Positions 13,901 to 26,527 of a stretch of DNA of 64,000 nucleotides are shown here, in pieces. Positions within the stretch are counted from its first letter, which is position 1. Every line of letters begins with the position of its first letter. Where the stretch lies: the NCBI GenBank assembly GCA_002633005.1, contig NMRA01000727.1, forward strand, positions 114,216 to 178,215, written 5' to 3'. The stretch is from Phoronis australis (lineage: Eukaryota; Animalia; Phoronida). The translations under genes and the position numbers were made by a program. A model generated the notes under the pieces. That model had not been told where the DNA came from. It made no database searches and was given only the letters and a program-made list of their open reading frames with translations.

Positions 13901-15493
13901 TACTACTGAGACCACGCTCTACAAGGTGCTTATCGATGTGCGTGATTTTGTGCTCCGAGCACAGTCTCAACTGTCGGTTCTTTGCAATCCCAAAAATCAC
14001 TTCTTACATTGCGGTAAATGTTGCGAAAAGTTCGTGTAGACCTGGAATGCCAAGCTCGATCTCGCGCATTTGAAGTTGTGCCGCGCATGCGTGGGATTTG
14101 TTTGCATTTGATTTCTCCGGCTTTGGCTATTGCTATGAAATTTAGGGATTAGGGTGGAATTATTTAGTAGAAATGAAATAAACTTAGAACTGTTGTCACC
14201 CAGAACTTTCCTCAAACAAATTTCATCTATAATTTTGAAATATTTTGCGGTCTACGTAAGTAATATGACTCGCTTGAAATTCGACTGAAAGCCGGCGGAG
14301 ATGCGAAAACTTTTTAATGACAATAAGTTAGGTCATACTTTTCCCAATTGGCCTATTGGTGAAATACATATTTGTCATTAATTGTCCTAGGTTCATTGTT
14401 TTGGTTTCGTAAGAGAGCTTTGATAGTGCCTGACTATGTGGATATATTTTAAGGAAATTGTTAACTTTGTACATGTGTGGCTTTGAAATATACTGCGTAC
14501 AGCTTTTTACCTTGGTTGAAATGTCGGACTTTACTTAGAAGTTTAGAAATATACTAATTTCTTCACAACGTAAAAATTAGTGCTCCTCATACATGCAGTG
14601 TGTGTTACAATAAACAACATACTTTGGAACAAATCTCTACGTTTTTATGTTATTAAATAAAGTGGAGTCAGGAAAATTAGAATATTCATAATAAAGAGAC
14701 AATGTTACTTTGAACACCAGTTGTATACATGTAGTTGTCAAGGCCAACAATTGAGAAAACAAAAACAGGACACGTGTTTTTTTTTGGCGTATGCTTGTAT
14801 CCACTAACTCTCAAAGGGTAGGTATGAACATTGGTAAATGTTGATGTTTTTCTCCTCAAAAGAGCACAACTAGCGTTAATTGTCAGGCGGTACCTACTCT
14901 TGTCCGAACACAGCAGACCCTAAACGCGTTCCCTGGGGGCATTTTCTTTCAGAATAACTTTTTCTCAATTCACAACGTTAGTGGATGCGACCACCAAGCG
15001 CACTTTACCCATGGTCGCCAGTTACTTTCTGAATGCACTACGCCAAATCTTGAATAACGAGACTAAGCAGTACGTAAACGTCAGTACATTCCTTGTTTCT
15101 GTTGTAAAATCCTATGTTTTTTCCACATATGCCTTTCGAATTGGTACAGCATCACTGAACTCACCTGTAATTTACTTCCTCGTTTTTTGAGTTGGCGGTC
15201 TTCTATTGTTTTCAGATGACCTTAACTATGTCCAGCAGAGTGCTGTCAATATCGATTCCGAAACACACGGCGGAGAAGACGTAGCAATCTACGCTAAAGG
15301 TCCGATGGCGCATCTGTTCCAGAGCACACACGAGCAGAACTACATCGCTCATGTGATGGCGTATGCATCGTGTGTTGGCGACAACAAAAACCACTGCAAA
15401 ACCATCCCTGCGCCTTCAAATGGTCTAAGCTCATTGGATCTTAACATTCCAAAAATAATTGCATTCATTATGTTCTTTCTGCATACAACATAA
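2303..15493 (+). CDS. ALPL: Alkaline phosphatase (metazoan ALPL-like, predicted GPI-anchored); 9 coding exons found, signal-peptide exon unresolved
   Basis: Exons 2303-2431, 4037-4128, 5614-5788, 8696-8862, 10248-10449, 10732-10869, 11885-12076, 13693-13833, 15216-15493, all AG/GT bounded and phase-consistent (about 504 aa). Motifs: [24 protein letters not shown] (catalytic Ser), [45 protein letters not shown]; hydrophobic C-terminus ([25 protein letters not shown]). Symbol is family-level; one-to-one orthology not shown. Confidence 0.95.
3650..3850 (+). repeat. Dispersed repeat fragment (family C)
   Basis: GTCCGCCTCAGAGAAAC..AAGTCCACTAAAAAG block matches the reverse complement of 17050-17120; boundaries approximate. 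Confidence 0.6.
6735..6886 (+). mobile_element. MITE family A copy 1 (CAGGGGCGGAT/CAGTGGCGGAT termini)
   Basis: Imperfect TIRs, 5-bp TSD TTACC, homologous to 35460, 37831 and 62940 copies. Confidence 0.85.
7254..8537. mobile_element. TTAA-flanked fold-back DNA element (Kolobok-like termini) spanning an assembly gap
   Basis: TTAA|AGGCGAAGGCAACC ... GGTTGCCTTCGCCT|TTAA; about 150 bp of visible arms are near-perfect inverted repeats (one mismatch seen); centre is N. Confidence 0.85.
7484..8385. other. Assembly gap
   Basis: Run of N. Confidence 1.
9991..10135 (+). mobile_element. MITE family B (CATGGGCGGCGC TIR), dimeric form
   Basis: TIR CATGGGCGGCGCA / TGCGCCGCCCATG, TSD TAGTT, two internal about 72-bp units. 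Confidence 0.82.
10870..10901 (+). repeat. (GT)16 microsatellite beginning at a splice donor
   Basis: GAAG|GTGTGTGT... directly after exon 10732-10869. Confidence 0.95.
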
Positions 15494-15607
15494 CAATTAA
15501 CTCGACGATTAAGAATTTTTCCGATTTTTATTATTGTCTCATACATGTATGACGTAATAATATGAAGAGACCTTTGTTTCTTACAGTTTTACAATCTCTA
15601 ACTGCGT

Positions 15608-15613
15608 TTTATT
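15608..15613 (-). terminator. Candidate poly(A) signal for SLCO paralog A
   Basis: TTTATT on + (AATAAA on -) about 50 bp after the SLCO-A stop codon. Confidence 0.4.
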
Positions 15614-15646
15614 CAGAAATTAGAGCTAGCTTTGGGAATCGTCAGT

Positions 15647-15652
15647 AATAAA
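15647..15652 (+). terminator. Candidate poly(A) signal AATAAA for the alkaline phosphatase
   Basis: First AATAAA after the stop at 15493, 13 bp short of the opposing SLCO-A stop codon. Confidence 0.45.
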
Positions 15653-15665
15653 GATTAAATTTCCA

Positions 15666-18600
15666 TTATATGGTTGTTTCTTTAGATTCAATAACCAGTC
15701 GTTCGCCTTCTGGTTGCTCATTGTTCTTGTTGTCTTCTTTTCGACTTTCTTCAAATTCTTCTAAATCCTCCCGTTTGCATCTATACCAGATGAAACCCGA
15801 GGCGAACACTGTAATCACTTTGAGGCCAGCGCCTAGTCCATGGGTGTAGTAACGTAGCATGTTGGGATCAAAAGCGCGGCAAACCTTTGCCTGTGAGCAA
15901 GCTGTCGTCTGCCACAGAACGCACGCCGAGTCGACTAGTGATCCGAAAACTGCTGGAGCAGGAATTGAAGCTGAAAAACACATATCCGATACTGGTTGTA
16001 TCACAATCTAATTTTGGTAGCACAGTTATCAAAACTGAGTGCGTTAATGTGATACAATGGTGCAATTTATTATGATGTGTGCAAAATCCAGCGAACACAC
16101 GCGTCCCTCGCATACTGTTCACACAATGTTGAAGCTCTTCTCAGTGGCTATAAAGTAACAACTGGAAAACGAGTTGTTATCCCTGAGTAGATTGTTAATA
16201 AACATTAAAGCAGTATTTTGAAATAAATGCTTTCTCTGAAGCGGGTAACCCATTTTCATAAATTACAAGGGGCACGTTTTCGGCCATGCTCCTTCGTTCT
16301 TTCAATCGTTGCACGTACAGTAGTAACATGCTGTTTTATATTCATTCTGTTTTCTTGAACATAATCATGGCCGTTTAACTACGGTCTCGTCGAATGTGAT
16401 CCAATTGGACAAGACATGATACACTTACCTACTAAACTCGCTCCCGTATTCTGAAGTGCCATGGCAAACGGTTTATCTTCTTGGGATACCGATCTACAAT
16501 CAACATGAACGTATAAATGTACCTGTATTTTCCTTTACACCTGCCTAGCCAGAAAAATGTGAACGCGCGGCGTTTTGAAGATCCGCTTTTTCTCTATGGA
16601 TAATTTGCAGTTTACACGTTCATGCTCTTAGGTCAGTCATTTCCTAAGTACAAGCAGGAAGCAATCTGGGTTTGTCAACACCCATGATTTCAACATTCCC
16701 AGGCCCCAGATCTATACGAACCTACATTGTAAACTAGAGCTTCAAACTATTTTTTCACATTTTCTGTAAAAACAACTGATTTTGTTGTTGGCCCGGGACT
16801 AAAATCTGTACTCGAAATCAACATCCAATATTGTTTGACATTTCCTGGGCTATTTCTGTGCGAATTCTAGATACATGTGTGTGTCATTATTCTGTGCTGG
16901 AGTACCTTACGGTTTGCATGGGCCATTTTCTCACGCGCGCACCCGGCCTTTAATATGGGGGGCTCGAATTTCCGACCACGTGGACATTTTACTAAGAAAA
17001 AAGCGCGAGGACTAAAAAATCGGTACCACGTTCGGAACTGTGACTTGAGCGTTTTTTGCCTTTTTAGTGGACTTTTGTCTCGTTTTCTCGGACTTTTCGT
17101 TTCTCTGAGGCGGACCTTTTTGCCCACTTTGCCACGAAATGGGATGGCTCGTTCCACCCTGGGTGTTTCTATTCCCGGCTTCTACTTGATGTCTCTAACA
17201 TTAAAGCTAAAAGCTCAAGTCTGACGTCGAACTTACTGTATAAGCGGTGGTGTACACAACTCAAATCGTACCTTTGTGTTGCTTATGCAGGTCACACAAT
17301 GGACATTGGGACATCTCATCGAAGTAAAAACCCTTACATGTACATGTACAATGTGCGACATTGTTCTTTGTACTAGAGTAATTAATCGATTCTTGTCGTT
17401 CAAGCAATGAAAATAAAAAGTTCAGTTTTCAAGGACGCGTTTAACTTTGTAGTCCGCAATGTTTAAAATGGTTGAAAAGGAATGTTGCCACAAACAGGTA
17501 GCGGTTATCACTGACATCTATTTCTGCTTCCTAATCACCAAGCAGTCGTCATAAAGTCTTGACGCTGTGGCAAGTATACTTCCTATAGCTACAGTAACCT
17601 AAAAAAATAAAAATATCCATAGTTGCTATTTGGGAGATTTGAGGTAGTGCCTAATGCGATATTAGGCAGGAAAGACGATACCAGTAAGGTCCCTTCAAAT
17701 CCTTTTTCTCAACTAATGTGCACAAGCTCGAAATTTAAAGTTTGACCTCAAGATTGTAGCTTGTCTCTAGAGGTCGTCGACCACTGCGAATTCGTCGGGG
17801 CAAACCACAGTATCCTACAGCACAAAACCATATCAATTTTTATTCAGTTTTTAAAAAAGCTGACAAAAACTGTCAGAAATAATGTCGAGTTCATAGATTA
17901 GACCCTTGATCAACTGACCACCACTTTACTGTATCAAGCTGATAAGACTGTCTGCTTACTATCCAAATACATGCATTACATGAAACAAAAGACCTTGCGT
18001 TAAAGGCCACTGGCGTTACCTAACCTGATCTCCCTTAACGCACGCCCAAGTGAATTAAATTACCTGAAAATTATGTGAAATGTTGTCATGGCTGCTAGGC
18101 CATTCAAAAATGCTGAGCAGAACGTAAACACGCAGTAGAGCGCCGTCGGTACGTTACACGTTTTTACTGCTCCTGGACAGAGCCCTTGCGTGGATGATGT
18201 CGTGTTGGCGTCCAGTAGACATTCGCAGTTCTCAAACTATAAAGGACATTGTCAGGTTGAAAGTATTCCTGCAAACGTTTTTATTTGCTACATTACGAGT
18301 GTTTGAACCGAAATGTATTTGGTCAGTCAAATGTTAATCATTCAATCATAGCCGTATCCAAATGTATGCGAAGTGCCTTCTACCAAAGAACATTGCTGTT
18401 CGTAAACGCTTAGCTGACGTACAGTGTAAGTACATGTAAATAAACAGTAAGACCCAGAGTGAAGAACGATTAAAATTTACCCCTGAAGCAGATGAACTTG
18501 TGCATCCTGCATGACACGGTGACTGGTAACTTACGCCGTCACCGCCACAGACAGGATTGAACTGGATAGATGTACACCCACAGTTCAAGGCACAAGTCGT

Positions 18601-21600
18601 GTTACGTCTAGAAAGGAGAACAAAACATGTTTTTAAGTTATCTAATTCGTCAAGAAGCGGGTTTTCCGATCGATGTTAGCACTGATGTTTGTTTAGTTAT
18701 CTGGTTCCCCAAGGAATACCTAGCAAAAACGTGTACTGGATATCCCTGCAAAACTTCCAGAATATGAAGACGAGAATACATGTACAGGTTCGTCTGAACC
18801 TTGCAAATGGCCAACCATACTCTCTGGGCAGGCCGGTGCAATAAACATATTATTTCTACTGAAAGACCACGGAGAGTGGGAGGCAATAATATTCCTTGAA
18901 GACTTTAGCATGACGTCATTTTTCTTCTCCATCTCTGTTCTACTTAATGCTCTATGTAGGATTGTAGGGATTTGAAAATGTTGACAGGATGGGAAAACAG
19001 CAATGCGATTGGCTGTATTTTTATTCGTATCGCTCTCAACCACTAGAAGTAGAATTCACAGGTGACGGCCATTCTGTTTTCAAGGTTTAATCAAATTTTG
19101 TTGTTGTAAACTGGAAATATTGCATTCGTACCGACGATTCTTTAAACGAATTCCCTTGACCAACCAACGAATTATTTATACCACTATCTAAAATTCAGTG
19201 CAGACCACCGTGTTTTGACGGAAGTCTTGAAACAACCTATTCGGATTCCAGCAATTCGACTCGGAATCTCTTAGATTATGTTAGCATTTTGAGATGCTAT
19301 AGAGCAGCTCAAGAGATTTCATGTATACCTGCTGCGATTTAATTATCTTGAGTTAAGCCCATTTGAGCACAACTCAACTAAACTAATGCACCATGCCTGG
19401 TGATTCGGAAGGCCAAACGGTCTTCACGTGGACTGCATGTCAATTTAATTGCCAATAGCAATGACATTCACCCAAAGTACATGACTGTAATTGTTGTTCT
19501 TCCATGATAGAATGACTTATGACGGTCTGATCTAGCAAGGTCTGCTGAATATTTCGAGTGCCAGACAGACGACTTATCTAAACAAAAAATACAGGCCAAT
19601 TTAGTAAAAGAGCAAAATATTGACTTCTCTAGTGGATTTCTTCATACTTTATCATTTGTGAAAACAAAACTGTACCCTCCTCCGGTTAGGCTTTCCACTT
19701 TGCCGGTGTCGCAGCCCACCAGCGCCAGCGCCACCAGACATGCAGTCGTCAATATGACAAAGATGAAGTTACATTTGGCCGCCTGTGTCCTGTCCATCTT
19801 CAATTTGGTAACCATGACACCACTGAGCAACATACCCACTCCACCGGCACCAGATCCAACCAATCCTAAACTCAGTCACAGATAACACGATTGAAAACAT
19901 GAAACGCGAAGTTCCTAATACCGGTTGCATTCGGAGTCCGATACCGGGGCTATGTTCCGTAGAGCAAGTTTACTGCAAGTTTTTATAAATCACGGAAATG
20001 AAAGGGTGGGAGTTTTGTGGGTAAGCTCAACACCTTACTACATGCATCGAAGATTGGCAAAATGATCGAGACACTGAAGTGATTAGTAGGCTAGGGCGAA
20101 ATATGTAATGATGGGATTAACCTGACCCATTACACAAGTAAAGACGATTTTGCTGCAAGTTTCTCGCTAGTGTCATGCGCTGCAGAACGCGCCCCAGAGT
20201 TTCAGCGATATGTTTTGTACCACAAAACATAGGGTGAGGCTACACGAAAGCGTATATACTACACATTACCATTTAAATCACTTTGATTCATCACGACGCA
20301 AAGAAAAAGCCATGTGGAAAATTAACCAAAATGGTGACATCTTGACATTTTTGACTTGTAGTTTTACAAATGTGTTTGTGCTCTACATATTCCAAAACTA
20401 CTTTACTCTTGAACGTTGCCCTCCATTATCTTTGAGGAAAACTAAGATATCACAATAGATTAGGCCTACGTATCAGGCTCTATATATAGGAGGTTGTCAC
20501 ATGCGTATATCAAGTCCTTAAGAGTAGTGCGTCGACTTTTATAGTACGCATTCGTACACAGTACGCACGCAATGCATCGCAATCTTTTTGAGTAAGTTTT
20601 ACGTACGCTGGCTTGAGCAGAATAACAACACCTATAACTGATAGTTTTGGACATGCACAAAATTACTCCGCGCACGTTGTAAGGCAAGTGATAAGTTATG
20701 AAAAAACGTGGTTCATCGGTGCCATCGTTCGAGGACGGTAGGAGTTCAGCGCAGATATCATTGCAGCTTTCCTCTGAAGTGGGTCAGGCGGCATGCACTT
20801 GGCATATTGTGTGTATCCGGAACACTCTCGTCGTGCGCACTGCTTGCACAGCCATTCGTCATTATAACAGTCGCGTAACGCTTTGATCGTACGTACGCGC
20901 CTCATACACTTAGGGTGCGCTGAACTTTATTTACAGTATGCCTGGTGTACGTCACACATAATCCAAAATAATCTAGCATTTCAAAGTTTAAAGACGTTTT
21001 GAAGAACCCATAAGGACTTGATACATACATGTACATGCAGTAGTGTGACAGTGCCCTTACGTTTTCAACGTAGGCCTACACAGCACAGTTACAGGGGTCT
21101 GCTTCTCTAAAATGTTTTAACTTTACGACATTGAGTCTAAACGAAAAGTTGCGCTAAAGCTCATTCCTGGTCGTGCAACTCTCCGCTTAGACGCGTAACA
21201 AAACGTCGTGAAGTTACTACATTTTAGAAACTGAGCACGAACTCGTATAATTATGTGGTATGTGATCGTGGCGTCAAGGCCGTTTCAGACGAGCGACATT
21301 GCCTGCCGAAAAGTTTTGCGACAAGTCGTCCGACATGGAAATTGTACACTGCACATGTGAATGAGCCCGCAACATGTCGCGCGACGTGATGCGGGTGTCA
21401 TTTGACAAGTTGAGGAGAAGTCGAGCATGTTCGACTTAGTACAACTTTTCGGTCGACACTTTGCGGAAGTCAGAGGAGTGAGTGTGCTCAATCAAAAATT
21501 GCATTCGTTTTACCAATGGTACTCATTCCCAAATTCATTCAGCCTAGTTGACCTTTGTTGTTTGACCAGTGCAAATTTGCACATAAGCCCAAGTCGAAAA

Positions 21601-24600
21601 TTGCAGATTAGAGAACTGGGCGACGAATTCCCCAGAAAAATATTTCAGTAGCTTTTTGATTGGTGCATGGGGTTCGTTTTTCATTAGCACGTATACTGAT
21701 TCATGGGCGCGTACCATAGGAAGCAGTGGGGAGGGGCTATAGCCTCACTTTTTTCAGTCCTGCGCCGCCCATTTGATTGTAGGCAAAATACAAATGTTAC
21801 CAGCTTAACTGTATAAGATTTATCCACAATTTTGCCGTGAGGTACTTTACCGTGTACCTACCACTTCTGATTCAGTTCATCGTTGATAGGAAAATATTTT
21901 TAGTTAGCAGTCCTTAAAAATCAACGAAAACCAAGCGCTGTTTGACCAGCCCGTTTAACATGATAAAAATTTCAATGTGGTGCCTTGTCCAGATTATTTT
22001 GACCGAGATGATTTCGGCGCGATTATAGTCTCAATTTATTGCGTGCCATGTTTTGGTGTCAGCCGATCTGTTGGTGGTCTGAATGCAACAGTGAAAAGTC
22101 GCGAAACTTCTCGGTTGGCGCATCATCCATTTTTTCGTACGAAAATGTCGCTCATCTTATACGGGCTAAAACGTCTCGCTGAAAACGTCTATTTGAAGCG
22201 GTGGTAAGACAGCCTGCTTTGGCTTAGAATACTCTCCACATTAAAACTAGCCTTATGCACATGTGATGGCAAGACTCTTCCGTATTTAACCAATTTTGCC
22301 TAAACACGTTATTGCAAACTTCTACACGTTTATCAACAAGCGCATGGGTGTTCACAAATTAAACTATTCGCTTGAGCAAACTGAGAATTTCTTACCCACA
22401 ATCGTGTTCGCAAAACTGCTTGTTTGTCCAAACTGTTCTTCAATGTACTTGGGCATGAACACGAAGTATCCTGTTCCAATAAATATTTCAATGGTCCAAT
22501 TCACAAGCACGCCACAAAGCACTGGCATCTTCACAAGTCGTAACACCGTCCTGGGCAATCCTAAGTGGGTGAAGTTAGTTTTATCAAAATGGACGTTGCA
22601 TCATTCGCTTCAGCATTCCGCAATACAGCGTAATAGTGCATTCTCCACACATAGTGGTCATTTTTATTCAATTACTTAGAAAACTCACACAGTTGTCTTA
22701 GTAACAAAGCAAGCACATTTGTGTGTTTGGAGGTCTTTACAAACAAGGTATAGGAAAATATAAAATAACAAATTATTAAAGGTACATTTCGCTTTCTTTA
22801 GCCCGCTAAAACGAAAATCGAATTGGGTCTTAGTCTCATAAACTTTGTCTCATAATTTCCGTACCGCAATAGGATTCTGTTGTCGTTACCAAATCCAGTA
22901 ATAAGTCATCTACACGCGGCATTTCCATTTCACAACTTTAGAGTTGGCCGATCCCAATAAACTCTGAAGCGTTTTCCTTGAGTCGCTCTTGGCTTCAATG
23001 TTATTATCGAATGTTGGGGTCAGAAAATTATCAACAGGAATGAGGGCTTTTGTGCAACAAGGGTAAATGTACTATTGGATTACCTCCAATGGCAATCTTG
23101 TATGTATGCATTTTTAATTGAAGCCATTATTTCTTGAGCGACGTGAACTGAGTCGGTCTTCATTGCAAAACGTGGTGCACTTTTTCGGTACTTGATATTG
23201 CTAAAGACAACTGCAGCCGTGAGAGGTCGGTTGGATGCCTAAGTCGTGTTGGTCGGTTTTCCGTGGAAGTAAAGCGCCAAGAAAACTAAGCAGCAGTAAT
23301 CTTGGTCGTAGTAAAATACAGTATAACACAACGATAATGCTGTCGTCATGATGTAGAGATGGGGAGGTAAAACATATTTAGGGCATAGATACTTTACGCT
23401 CGCTGCAGGGGTAGACTGGCAGTGGGTTTAGTTCCATGAATTTTACATGGCTGTTCTGTTTGTTAATTAACAGTTAGCTAGTTGATTGAGCCGATCTACT
23501 TACATGTGTACGTCTGGCCAGTGATTATTTTATTGCTTTCAACAGAAAAATTAAACAAAATTCTCTTATTCTGCAGCATATTGGTGACTGACACAAATCC
23601 TTTGTCTGAAACGTTCTAGAGCCCCGTTCGTGTTTGAAGGGTGATTTGATAAAATACAAAAACTTATAGAATATGCTTAAATTGGTGACTGACATCTTCC
23701 GGAACATTGCAAAATACATAAATACTCGTGAAAGAGTTGCAATGAGAGTCGGTTACATAGTTACTGTATCAGCAGTTAAGAATCATCAGTTAAACAGTGA
23801 GAAAGTTCGAGCAAGACGTTGCATTAATTACTGATTCAGCCACCGAGTGTCACAGTTACTGAAAGTGACTCAAAAGTTCATCTCTTGTCCAACCTTTGCA
23901 ACAGACATTACGACGGACGCTTCGTTTGAGTATTCTTGTTTGTGTTCGGTCGAGATTAATAAAATGAATAACTCGAACCGCTCTTGATTTTTTCATCATA
24001 TTAAAAGCTATTTGCGCAGGCCAAAGCCGACCGGCGTCCACCCATCCACAGGGAAATCGTGACACCACGGTGCCACTGAGTAACATTTCCTTCACCAGTT
24101 TCACCTCCCGTGGCGCCCAAGTCTTTGGCACGTGCTACCTAAGTGACTCTGAAAAGGCATCGCTAATAACAAGTGTACCCGGTAGTCCTAATATAAATCA
24201 GTCTTCCCTCACCTTTGATTGAAGTGATAGCCTGATTGGTGAAGTTAGACGTGGACCTCGTCGTTTCGTGATCCTTTGTCTGTTCGTTCAGCTCCTGCAA
24301 GACGCCATCTCCAATTCCCAATTCAGAGGAGAAGTTTTTCTTCAGATGTCGAGGAAACAGTACAAGAATGAAACCCGGTAACGCCATCACTATGGCGCAG
24401 ATTAGAAATAGCAGCCAGTAGGCCCCCACCCATCGCGGATCGACTATAGTCAACAAAGTATCTGTAATTTGTCAGGTTATTATACATTTTTAAAACAAAG
24501 TGGAATTCGCAACAACGGCAATGCCTGCACTAGTGAGTAACTTCGCCGTTTCCACCATGTCAACCGGCTAGTACATCAGGGTAGCGCTCTGCATATCAAA

Positions 24601-26527
24601 TGTCCTACTAAAAAACTAGATCTTGCAAGACCTCGCAACTCACGCCAGTGAAAAGCGAATATTTCAGCAGTATGCGCTGGGGCTTATTCATGGGCGGCGC
24701 ACTGTAGGGAGCTGGGGGAGCTATACCCCCACTTTTTCAGTGTTACGCCGCCCATGGTCTATGGGCATTGCACCACAGGGAACCTGAGGGGCTTTAGCCC
24801 CCCACTTTTTTCACTGCTGCGCCGCCCATGATACTATCCTATCCTAGCAAAATGGCAGCCGGTTACTTAAGTGACTAACAGATGACGTTAGAAAATTGAA
24901 TTGTGGGATTGAATTTTCTGTTCCTATTCATCAGCTTTAGATTTTTGCTGCAGGTACAAGCTAGCATATTAGATCTATGGAATGCAGCCCTGATTGATGT
25001 CGGACGTCATCACTGGATCGAGAACCAATTAGATGCGTCACTCGGTTGGCTCGGCGGATCCGGCTACGGTTACGTACGTCTTTGTAAGAGCAGAAAATAT
25101 TCACGCCTCACTTGCGACCCCTGGTTCTCTGGTGTATCATATTAAATTGCATTTCTTAGACATACTATGAACTCGAATATCAGAAATCGAGTCTTCAGCA
25201 GTCAACGATTTTACGTAGTTTATTTTTGACGCCAGAGGTAGCTGTTACATGTAGATACATATCGATATTAAATCCAAGAGTTTTTTCAATAAGAAAAAGG
25301 TAGAATACACTAACGGCATGTCTTTTAAGAAGGTTTTGTACTGAAATTTCTACGTCCCATTTGAAAGGGAAAACGTGTTTTTTTGAAAAAATGTTCCTAG
25401 AGCCCATTTAACATAATCATATTTCTGTGTATACACGCACGCACGCACACACGAACGCATGCACGCACATAAATACAGACGTTTATAGATCTGCAATTCT
25501 TTAGAAAATATATGGATATGGTTTCATGGGTTGACTATTCATTTTGAAAAGAACTCAATAGGGTTGTTGCGCACCATCGCTTCCTGGGGTCAGTGACCTA
25601 CCGGTGAAGCGAAGTTTAGCACCAGATACCTGCTCTGTCGCCTTTAAGTAGCTGTCAAACGAAAGGCTTGTTCAAATTTGTTTGTAAAGTCGCAGGAATG
25701 CCACAGCTTAGTAAATTCAATTTAATTTATAGTTCGAGTTAATATCTGAAACCTCCGATTGCGTGTACATGTATACCTTTCAAAGTGACGTGTATTTGCA
25801 ATACGTTGGCGCCCAAAATAAATCCGAGAAGTGGTCCCAAGCCGTACATGCTCAGTATTACGCCCATATATTGGGCAGACTTGTGCTTCTTACAGTTGCC
25901 GTCTACGTATGGTAGACCCAGCAAAGATATAGGTGACGTTGCTGCCCCGAGTCCGATAGTAAGGCACAAAATTAATGAGTAAGCGCCGTAATTAGAATTG
26001 TCGATTTCCAGGTTGTCAGAACATCCCTCAATGTGTTCTTGGCCGTGTAAAGAGCACAACGGATTACGCGTGGTCGAGTTCAGGCTCTCAGGTGTCGAGT
26101 TGCTTTGCTCGAGCTGTGCTGAGACAGTAAACTCGTCGCTCTCTCCATAAATTATATGCGGAAGAATACCAAACAACATGGATATGGCAGTGGCAAGAGA
26201 ACCTAACGCAATAGTTCGTGGTGCGTGCGATCTTGAGCAAAAATAACCCACTAAAAACACGGCAGGAATGTGGGTTATTTCATAGGCAGTTAAAATGAAT
26301 CCCGACTCCTTGCTCGTTAGCAAGAATCGTCTCTCAATGGTAGTAATAGTTGATATCAAACCAGCAAAGCACAAACCGATTCCCAGCGTCACTAGCGAGA
26401 ATCCTGCAACGAACGCGCGAATATCCGCAAGTCTTTGGAGCCACGTTGGTTGGCACGGTCCGATACCACACTGCATGTCGGTCTTCTTGTCAGACTTTAT
26501 TTCACCATTTCCACAGCTTTGAGTCAT
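15666..26527 (-). CDS. SLCO: Organic anion transporting polypeptide (OATP/SLCO family), paralog A, 8 exons, about 674 aa
   Basis: Exons 26527-25777, 24461-24213, 22560-22396, 19865-19676, 18607-18481, 18236-18064, 16493-16429, 15970-15666 sum to 2025 nt with consistent phases. Motifs: CGIGPCQPTWLQ, ITTIERRF, DPRWVGAYW (OATP signature), MPKYIEEQFG, Kazal-like CGCTSIQFNPVCGGDGVSYQSPCHAGC, IPAPAVFGSLVDSACVLW. Symbol is family-level. Confidence 0.95.
16930..17125 (-). repeat. Dispersed repeat fragment (family C)
   Basis: Inverted homolog of 3650-3850; boundaries approximate. Confidence 0.6.
20488..21056. mobile_element. Old TIR element remnant
   Basis: TGTCACA..TATCAAGTCCTTA at the left is inverted as TAAGGACTTGATA..TGTGACAGTGCCC-TTA at the right. 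Confidence 0.4.
21702..21773 (-). mobile_element. MITE family B, monomeric form
   Basis: CATGGGCGCG...TGCGCCGCCCATT, TSD TGATT, single unit. Confidence 0.7.
24689..24830 (-). mobile_element. MITE family B, dimeric form
   Basis: Reverse-complement homolog of 9991-10135 with intact TIRs; TSD not recognisable. Confidence 0.8.

Noticed and set aside
13539-14073. Overlapping 153-aa and 125-aa ORFs
   Set aside because: Antisense and off-frame shadows of phosphatase exon 13693-13833.
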